A stretch of 64,000 bases of DNA from the human T2T-CHM13v2.0 reference genome, Homo sapiens. The translations under genes were made by a program, and so were the position numbers. The notes beneath the pieces are model-generated. The model was not told the origin of the DNA. It did not search any database and saw only the letters and a program-made list of their open reading frames with translations. The stretch lies in the NCBI RefSeq assembly GCF_009914755.1, contig NC_060928.1; one strand, given 5' to 3'. Below, piece after piece: positions 54,421 through 64,000 of the stretch. Numbering within the stretch: the first letter of the stretch is position 1; each line of letters starts with the position of its first letter.

Positions 54421-56348
54421 GTCATAGCAAAAGTTTATTATCCTTATTATTTTATATTTAAAATGTAATTAAATCTTTGAAATTATAAAAGTAATATTAC
54501 AGTATAGAAATAGTTAAAAAGATATTGATAAACTGAGCACAGTAGGATTATATTATTTTAGTAACTATGAAAGTATTGACTATACTTTGTAGTTAAGGCG
54601 CAGAATATTGTGACCATAACATTTTAGAAATGAAATAGTTATTATATTTTAACTGAAACCCTTTCAGCTCTGTCTCACTTTGTGGAGTATCTCTGTACCT
54701 TTCTCTCGGGTTGTTATTGCATCGTTTTTCTTCACATTCTCACACTGTTTACAATTCTTAATTGTTGCACTTAGTTTCTAGAGTCAGAATTCAGTGTAGG
54801 TTTATGGTGCAATAATGTAGTTCTAGGAATAAATATCAATTTTGTTCTCCTTTTGAAACTCAACAGAAAAGCGCAGGGATATTTCTATAAAGAATCATGA
54901 TTTTAGGCTTTGGACTTTTCCATTTTTTCCTTGTATGTTTTTCAAGCATACTCCCCCTTTGCTTTCTTACCAACAATGCTTTCAGATTCAGTTTGTAACT
55001 GTTTATATTGAAAATCCTCTATACTTCTATGTAGTATATAATTTTAGCCCTCCTTGTATCCTGACTTTCTTACACCATGGATTAAGCAAAATATTTTTAA
55101 TTATATAAACAATCATAACATGGATTTTATGTTTATCTGATGTACATAATTCAGAGTTATGTGCTTGCTTTCCTTCTATAATCCCTGTCTATAATAAGTA
55201 AAATATAATTTAAAAGTTAAATCTTTATCTGTATCGTCATGTTGCTGAGCATCAATAGTGTTCTGATCAATTTAGTTATATTCCATCGATATCATCACAC
55301 ATTAATAATGTATAGTTAAAATTCAATTGAATTCAAAATATTTACTAAGAAATAGTCATTTTATTTGTTTAAAAATTTGGAATATTACTAAATTCAAATC
55401 TCAACCTAAACAAGATTATTTCTATACAATTACCCTTCAACTCACAGCTTTAATTTTTCTGGTAGGTATAATTATAACTAGGTATAAGTGTAATTATTTT
55501 AGTTTTACTTCAATATAGTAACTATAAATGCATTTTACCAGAAAAAAAAAACAGAGAATCGGTAATAACATCAGTCAATTCATATGGATTTATGTACATG
55601 TATATTTTTAAAATATTTAACAAATTACCTCATCAGTAAATATTGCAGGCTTTCTCAAAATTAAATCTATATAATATGTATAAAATAAAAATGTCTCAAT
55701 ATTCTGCCAAACTAAGATATATATTCAGACTGAAAAGAATCACCTACATAAAATTTGGAGTATGAATAATCTAACCCCTGCTACAGGTGGTGCATTTATT
55801 TCACCACACGCTTTATGAGCACTGCTCATGCTGGGTCATAGGCTAACCCCTCATTATACAAAAATAAATCGTAACTCTAATAATTTTTTTCCTCTCTCTC
55901 TTACTCACTCTCTTTCTCTGTGTCTTTGTGTGTCTTTCACCTTTGTTCCTCCTTACAGTGCTTCACCACACTACCAGGTGGTATGTTAAAATGAAACAAA
56001 TAGGAGATAGTATTGCTCCATTCGTATATATATATATGTGTGTGTGTGTATATATATATATGTGTGAATATATATATATGTGTGTATATATATATATACA
56101 CACACATATATTTCTTAGTAAAAAGACCCAATAAAGCTATGAAATGGATTCCAGCAAGCACAGTAAAATCCCACCTCTTTGATCTTTTAATCACTCCATG
56201 AGATGCTCTGAGCACATGTATAGATATATTCAGGGTTCAGTTCCTCTCTGCTGGTGTGTAAACATGACTTTGAATCAGAATACTTGCCTAAAACACCACT
56301 TGTAGTTGTGTAGATCTTTTGGCCTAGACATCCTCTTTATGTAGCTAC

Positions 56349-56592
56349 CCTAAATCATCTTTCTCAAGTTCAAAGCTCCATAAATATCTAAGGCAGGGGA
56401 AATATGCCGCCAGTCTCTTTGCTAAAACATAATGAATCACCTTTGCTCCAGTTCTTCATCTCCATCTGAGCCCACCTCAGCCTGGACCCTATTGTTCATA
56501 TCACGATCAGCATTTTTGTCAAAGCTATTCAACAAGTCTCTAGGAAGTTCCAAACTTTTCCACATTTTCGTGTCTTCTTCTGAGCCCTCCAA
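56349..56592 (-). mobile_element. THE1/MST MaLR internal fragment
   Basis: tcaagttcaaagctcca...gccagtctctttgctaaaacata...caagtctctaggaagttccaaactttt...tcttctgagccctccaa. Confidence 0.8.
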
Positions 56593-58030
56593 TAGCCCTG
56601 CAGTCCAAGTACTGCAAATAAAGGGAGTTTTTCTATGTGAGAGATTGATTTTTTTCCTCTTGGGAGCTATCGTGTTAGGCCAACTCCCCAGTTCCCAGGT
56701 CTTTGGTGAGGAGGACCTGGTTCCACAGCTTCACCTTAGAATTCTGCTTCTGACAGGGAAGCAGTGGAAGAGCTGCCCTGCTAGGTGCTGGCTGCAATTT
56801 GGAGAGGGCCACCTGGAACTTAATTTAATGAGTTCATACATCTTCCTGAGGCATTTTTTTAACAAATTTTATTTCAAGCTTTGGTTTGAAGTCATAATAA
56901 GAAAAACTGATCAAGGGACCCGGAAGCAGTTAACAGTGGAAGGCTAGAACTATCTATGCCTGCTAGGCCTTTCCACTTCTTGGATGTAGGTTATGCTTGC
57001 ATCTATGGTATAGATGAGGTCTAGGGAACCCTCAAGTTACCAACAGTGGGAGGGTAGCACATAGGTAAGTGAAAATACTCCTACACACCAGGCCTGCCTG
57101 CTACATAGGTGGAGGTTACACTCGCATTCATGGGTGGTACATAGAGTCGCCAGATTCGGGGATATAAGAATGGAAGAAAAAAGAGGACACTTTTCTTCTC
57201 TCCACCACACACACTGGGTTTTCCCTGGAAGAGAGAGAGGGACTAAGGGACACCTTTTCCCATCTATTTTAGATGGATAACCAATCATCTTTATGCTACA
57301 CTCCTCTGTAATGTATCCTGAGTCACTGGGACTTTTTGACCCTCAGATTCTGGAGAAAAGCACCTCATATTCCTTTGTACAAAGTTGTGGCCTGATTATC
57401 TTCTGAAGAAAAGAGAATATTGGCCTCAGGAAGGATTAATTTCAGTACCATCCTGCAGCTGGACCTTTTCTGTAAACATAAGGGCAAATGGTCCAAGGCC
57501 TCATAGGTGCAGGCTTTCTTTGCTTTACAGGGTAATCTGGCCCTTTACCAATGTTGTAGGATGGATTCAGCCCTCCTAGTGGCCATCTCAGGAAAGGCTG
57601 CAAAGGGCAATTTCAAGGAACTAGGGAAGCAAATCCTAGAGGTACTTCTAGTGGGGGAGTTAACTCCCTCTATTCCACCCTACCCAGGTTCTCTGCCAAA
57701 CTTGCCACATCGTTGAAATACTTATTTTAGGCAGGTCCAAGTCTTGCTTCTGCCACTACAACAGACGCCTGGTCAATATGGCTCCATTAAGTTCCAGGTC
57801 CCTTTTCTTTACAGGACTTAACGCAAATTAAGGGGGGATCTTGGCCAAGTTTTCAGATGACCCTGACAGGTATACAGAGGCTTTCCAGAATTTAACCCAG
57901 GTATTTAAACTCCAGAAAGGACGTTATGTTACTTTTGAATCCAACTTTGACTGCTGTGGAAGACTGGCAACCAATGGCTGACTGCTGCTGGTTGCCTTGA
58001 AAGTGGCAGAAAATTTGGGGGATGAGCTTT
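56593..58030 (+). mobile_element. ERV1 internal fragment (leader plus decayed gag), no LTRs
   Basis: gag-like peptides VQAFFALQGNLALYQCCRMD (matrix) and KFSDDPDRYTEAFQNLTQVF (capsid N-terminus). Confidence 0.8.
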
Positions 58031-58069
58031 ATATTTTTATATGTATAAATATATATATATATCTTCATA

Positions 58070-58745
58070 TAGATATGAATACTATTCAGCCATAAAAAGG
58101 AACGAAATAATGGCATTGACAGCAGCAACCTGGATAGAATTAGAGACTATTATTCTAAGTGAAGTAACTCAGGAATGGAACACCAAATGTCATATACTCT
58201 CACTCACAAGGGGAGCTAAGCTATGCGGATGCAAACACATAAGAATGGTACATTGGATTTGGAGACTTGGGGGAAAGGATGGGAGGGGGGTAAGGCAGAA
58301 AAGACTACACATTGGGTACAGTGTATATTGCTCTGCTGATGGGTGCACCAAAGTCTCAGAAGTCACCACTAAAGAATTTATTTATTTAACCAAACACTAC
58401 CTGTTCCCTAAAAACTTATTGATATGAAAAACAAATTTAAATAAAAACAGAAGGACAATATATAATGGTAAAAAATTCAATTCAACAAGAAGATCTAACT
58501 ACCATTTCTACTGAGACTATTCCCAAAAATTTGAAAAAGAGAAAATTCTCTTTATCTCATTCTTTGAGGCCAGCATCATCCTAATACCAAAACCTGGCAG
58601 AGATACAAACAAAAAAAGAAAACCTCAGGCCAATATCCATGATGAACATTGACACAAAAATCCTCATTAAAATAATAGTCAACCAAATCCAGCAGCAAAT
58701 CAGAAAGTTTATCTACCATAATCAAGTTGGCTTCACTCCAGGCAT
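58070..58745 (+). mobile_element. L1PB 3' end (58070-58450) followed by an L1 ORF2 fragment
   Basis: gaatactattcagccataaaaaggaacgaaataatggc...gtcaccactaaagaattta...; tttgaggccagcatcatcctaataccaaaacctggcagaga. Confidence 0.85.
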
Positions 58746-59724
58746 TTTATTTCAGTTTTTTACCTAGGAAGATTTATTGGTCAAAAATCTCCTCAATTCC
58801 ATTTCTTGATTTAAAAACAATATAGCTAGCGGAACTCTTACCCTTGAGAATATTTTAAAATATTATACGTGCCTTATTTTGTATTAAGTAATTGCTTTTT
58901 ATGAAGTAACTTCTGAGATTTATTTTAAAATTTTACTTCAGAGTGTACCTGTAAGTTATGGCCAAGATTATAATTCATGATAGAAGACACAGAATCTCCC
59001 AGAACTTGGTTTTTTATTTGAAAAAAAAAAAAGATCTGTGCTGCATAAATGTATGTGTATGTATCTTATGAGGGAAATTTCAAACTAGACAGCTAAACAC
59101 TTTGGTAATGGCCAAGACAGAATTCTTTTTATTGTAATCTGTAAAAATAAGTAGAGAATATAACTTTAACTTTACTATTTAGCCTGAAGGAATTCTGTCT
59201 GTCACCATATTTAACTAACATAAGGGGAAATGAAAAACAAATTCTGAAAATATTTTTATATACCAGCAGCATTAGAAATTCAATAAATCAAAATCAAAAC
59301 CCCAACAAAAATTAAAAACAAACAAACAAATAAACACAACTGTGTTATTAATGGAGATATTTTAAAATATTTAAGAATAATATTCTTACAAATATACAGC
59401 AGCTTACATTTTTTCATTTATATATGATACATTGGACTTTGTGGACTTGGGGGAAAGGATAGGAGCAGGGAGGGATACAAGACTGCACATTGGGTACAGT
59501 GTACACTGCTCAGGAGATGTATATAACCCCCAAAAGCTTTGTTTGCTCTAAATAAAATTTAAATAGAAATAGTTGAATTCATTAGCTCATTATTAATACA
59601 ATTAGTATTAATCAACCTTTAATCAATTAATACGATTATACTTAGCTATACATTTGTATTAATATTGTGTTAAATTTATAGATAAATTAGAAGAAAAATA
59701 AGCTTTTTCACTGCAAAACAGAGA

Positions 59725-59890
59725 TCAGGAAACTTTTCCTGTAAAACCTCAGATAATATATATTTTAGATTTGCAAGTCTTATGGACTCTGCTGCACATA
59801 TTCTGTCATTGTAGTGCAAAGCAGCTACAGACAATACTTTAAAGAATGGGCATGGGTAGGTTCCAATAAAACTTTATGTACAAACAGGTA
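59725..59890. mobile_element. MER58-like hAT DNA transposon fragment
   Basis: caggaaacttttcctgtaaa...gtagtgcaaagcagctacagacaatac...ttccaataaaactttat. Confidence 0.7.
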
Positions 59891-60532
59891 TTAGAGACAC
59901 CACTAAAACCAATGCTGTAGAGAAATTTTAAATTTTTCATTTAATTTCATTTAATGTTTTCATTTCAGTTATTGCATTGTATTCTTCAGCTCCAGGATTT
60001 CTGCTTGTTTTTTTTATGGTTTCTATCTCAATGATATCTCATTTTCTTCATGTAATGTTTTCCTGAATTCATTTATTTCTATTTCAGCTGTTCATTTGTA
60101 GCTTACTGATGTTTTTAAGATAATTATTTTGAATTTTTTGCCATATAATTTATAGATCTCAATTTCTTTATTTTTAATTACTGAATATTTATTTTGTTTC
60201 ATCAGAAGCATCGTATTTTCCTATTTTTTATGCTTTTTATATCTTTGTTTTGGTGTCTGTGTATTTGAGGAAGAAGTCACCTCTTCTACTATTTATGGAC
60301 CTGATTTGGAAGGAAAATGCCTCCTCAATCAGGCTGACAGAGATTCTGGAAGTCTTCAAAACCTTTCCTATAGATGTGCTCTTCATACCTCTCTCCTTAC
60401 TGATAAAGATCAGAATTATATGTCTTACCCAATCCCACAGAGCCAGTCTGAGTCCTAAGAACTGCCCATTTCTTCTCCCTAGGGCAGTGCATGATATAAG
60501 GCCTATATCACTTAAACTACAAATAAATTAAG

Positions 60533-60956
60533 TGCATTATGCCATTCCTGCATTGCTAGAAATAAATGCCTGGGATAGGGTAATTTATAAAGAAATGGAA
60601 TTTAATTGGCTCATGGTTCTGCAGTCTTTATAGGAAGCCTGGTGCTGGCATCTGCTTGGCTTCTAGGGTGGTCTCGGGACCTCCTACCATCATGGCAGAA
60701 AATGAAGAGTGGAGGGATGGGGCAGGCACGTCATGTGGTAAAAGCAGGAGCAAGAGTCAACCTGGGGATGGGGAAAGGTGTCACATACTTTTAAACAACA
60801 AGATCTTACATGAAAACTCACTCTAGTGAGGACAGCACCAAGCTATGATGCATCCGCCCCCATGATCCAAACACCTCCAACCAGGCCCCACCTCTAACAT
60901 TGGGAATTGCTATTCAATATAAGATTTAAGTGAGGACAAGTATCCAAGCCATATCA
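60533..60956 (-). mobile_element. MST-type MaLR solo LTR
   Basis: tgcattatgccattcc...ttaattggctcatggttctgcag...cccatgatccaaacacctccaaccaggcccc...ccatatca. Confidence 0.85.
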
Positions 60957-61304
60957 GTAGGCAAGTAAACAATTAAAGGAAATGGATTATAGTCATTAGA
61001 AACTGATGATAAAGATAAGCTTTTTTTCCTGGAAAGCATGAATAAGAGATAAAACATAACTTCCAGGATCACTTGTAAACCCCTTCTGTGTCTGGTATAA
61101 TTATTATTATATTGATTTACTTTTCTTCTATGTAGGCTTTTCAGATTCCTTTTCAGTAAATATTTCTTTCACATCTCTCAAAACAATTAGGGTCAGAGAG
61201 AGTTTACACCTCCTTGATTTTTTGTAAGAAAATAAGTGCCTTTGTTAAGTAACTCCAATCTACATAAATAAGAACTTTATGCACACTACTCTTCATATTG
61301 AAAC

Positions 61305-61657
61305 AATGGCCAATGTGATGGTGTTATGAAGTGAGGCCTTAAAGAGGTAATTAGGACATGAAGGTTTCTTGCTAGTGAATGTAACTAAGGCCCATATAAA
61401 GGAAGCTTGATGCAGTGTTTAGCCTTTTTGCCCTTCTAACTTACACCATGTAAGAACACAGTATTCCTTCTTTTCAGAGGATGCAAAAATAAGGCACCAT
61501 TTTTGTAAGCAGAAAAGAGCTATCACTACATGATAAACCTGCTGCAGGTTTGATCATGCACTACTCAGCCTCCAGAATTGTGAAAAATACATTTCTATTT
61601 TTTTTATGTTACCCAATCTGTTCTACTTTGTTATAGCAGCACAAATGGACTAAGACA
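61305..61657 (+). mobile_element. MST/MLT1A-type MaLR LTR fragment
   Basis: ccaatgtgatggtgttatgaagtgaggcc...cagcctccagaattgtgaaaaatacatttc...atggactaagaca. Confidence 0.78.
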
Positions 61658-64000
61658 CTGGATGGTATTTCTTTAGTGTTAATTGCTGGGTAAAACATCT
61701 AACCATTATCTCTGAACTAACATGAGTTTATGAGAAAAAGCTATGGAAGACCCGCACTCTTAGTTTTCACTTAGGATCCACTTAGGATCTGCTTTTATAA
61801 ATGATTTGATATGTACGAAGACATTTCCTTCACAAAGATTATAAGCATGTTTCTAAGTTTAGTTTATGAGATCTTTCCATTTATAAATTAGAAAAAAAAT
61901 GGTGGGCTTTATAATGGTATAGATAGAATTTTTAAATACATGCAATTTTATTTGTATGTCATCTTTATTGAGGTAAAATTTACAAAAAAAATACTCATTT
62001 TGTGTGTACAGTTTAACAACTAATTACAAAGACATACAGTGATGTAATTTGTCACCACAGCTTTGTTTAGAACTTAAGATTAATTACTTTAATGGTTTGG
62101 TCTCTGGTAGTCAAACTTGGATGTGTGTTAGGTGATGTAAGTAGCAGTTACATATGGATGAAAAATATTCTTCATTTTCGCAGAGAAATGTGCACTTGAC
62201 TTTATGAGAATAAACATAGTTAATGATAAAATAATACTTTCTTTTTATTATTTTTATTGTGTGTATATCTTTAACATTTCATATACTCACAGTGATTTGG
62301 GGAAGGATTTAGGTCTTTGTGCATTTACTAGCCATTATTGGACCATAGTGTCATTGAACAGAGCACCAGACACATGATTATCTGCAGCGGAGTCTAACTA
62401 TAGTCATACATTGTGTGTAAAGGACAGAAGCCCACACAGTATTTTAATGCCATTTACAGTATTTTCTTCTTTTTAGTACTTTGCAAATGTTTTAATAAAA
62501 AAAAGTTAAATAATTAACTGTTGCTGAATATTTTAAATATCTGTGCAAGAAACCATCAAAGGATAATATAGAATTTTGGAACTAGCAACTTTGGGAGCTG
62601 TTAAAAACCCTAAGTCTAAAGGGCAAGAAAAGGGAGTAGATATCAAATCCAAGTTCTTGGTGGTAATGTCCACAATGGGTTGCCACAGCTTTCTATTAAC
62701 TAATATTGAACACGATAGCACTAAGAAGCATTCAGTGAGTCTTCTGGATTGAAAATAGTGTTCTGTGTTCATTGTGTGGCAACATCCTGACATTCTTGTT
62801 AATTTCTTTTTTGGCCCATCAGTTCAGGAAGAGAAGAAAGGACAGGTTCAGCTTCCAGTTTCACAGAATAGTGCATTTACTTCCTGAACAATGCATTTCT
62901 TCTTGAGACAACAGGACCTTGGAACCTACTAAATCCTAAGGTCTTGGAGACTGGAAAAAATATTACTACAACATCTATTGCTGGTAATATCATAAGGGGC
63001 TACTTCTACTTCTTAGTTCCAGACTTATGCATTCTACTTATGGAGGTGATAACACCCTACACTGACCTACTTCTTTTGGACAAGAAGGGCATTTTTTATG
63101 ATAGAAGATGTCATATTTTAGCTTTTAGTTAATCTATCTACCAATATAAAGTTAATTGCTTTAAGTGATGGGCATACTGTAGTATGTGTTTTCAAAATAT
63201 TACAAAAGATGATTCATCCTGTTTGTGACTATTTACTACGATGGCCTTGTGTAGGATAAATTTTAGGTGCAAAATTTTTTGGCCTTAAACTCAATTAATA
63301 ATTTATATCAATACCCATGTGAAATTAGCTATACTGATAAATGCATGGCCTCTTCTCAATTGAAAGTTCAGAATATGGCAAAGAAACATTTAAGAAAAAT
63401 GACGGAACTCTAATCATGTAACCCAGTTTATTTTTTTTGAACCAAAGAATGTGAGAAGTAACAACAATCCCCAGTACCTGGCTAGTAAAAAACCCTAACT
63501 TGCCACATCATCATCAAGGTATTTCTTATCGAGTATTCCATGTGCTCAGCTCCCTGTGTCCCTCCAAGGAATATCACTGGGCAGAGGACACCTGCTGTCA
63601 GTCAAGGCAGACAGAAAAGTTTGGAGATTTAAAACTCTTATTATCCAGTCCAATCTTTTTTGTTTATATAGCTATGTAGCTTTTTGAGGAAAAACATGTT
63701 TAACCTGTAGGTATTTAGTATGTGGCTTTATGCTACATTTCAGTGAATTGAGATTTTGCTGCAACCTGAGTAGAATTAAAATTGAAACAAGTTCAAAGTT
63801 CAAATGTAGTACATATGTTAACATCAATGAGTATGTTTACATACCTCTCATTTTGCAAAATGTATTCTTTCTTTAGAGGTAATGTGTGGCATATCATCAC
63901 AATGAAAAAGACATTCACGAAGTTCAGGAAAAGTGATACTGTAAGAAAAATTGAGTGTTGGTGTAATATTGTAAAACATGTATTTGGTCTTCCACCCACT

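Noticed and set aside
56432-56947. 171-aa ORF
   Set aside because: Spans the MaLR-internal/ERV1-leader junction with no domain evidence.
61690-61800. GGAAGACCC motif resembling the start of UGT2 exon 2
   Set aside because: Similarity does not extend; there is no acceptor and no WDFEFP or GGLHCKP motif.
62290-63130. Non-repetitive-looking stretch with 62-86 aa ORFs
   Set aside because: No recognisable homology or splice structure; it needs BLASTX and RepeatMasker.

Overview
Primate (most likely human) genomic DNA from the UGT2 gene cluster. The window starts inside UGT2B7 intron 2 and contains coding exons 3-6 and the 3' UTR on the + strand (3324 to about 13480). Downstream are four gene relics: (i) an intronless SPOPL processed pseudogene with an 11-bp TSD (25511-28603); (ii) a 5'-truncated UGT2B-type pseudogene (exons 4, 5, a partial second exon 5, and an exon 6 that is still open; about 28670-35339); (iii) a 5'-truncated UGT2A-type pseudogene (exons 3-6, all splice dinucleotides kept; 45266-48210); (iv) a heavily decayed UGT2 exon 1 (53900-54420) that resembles the UGT2C lineage as I recall it. 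The rest is interspersed repeats, including a sense LTR2 ending 26 bp before the last UGT2B7 exon, an antisense LTR12C, two LTR30-like solo LTRs, a twin-primed L1PB, MER75, Alus and an ERV1 gag fragment. There is no evidence of a wholly new biological system; the best leads are alternative or chimeric UGT2B7 3' ends, LTR-driven regulation and the lost-lineage exon 1. Repeat subfamily names and paralogue comparisons come from recalled consensus sequences, not database searches.
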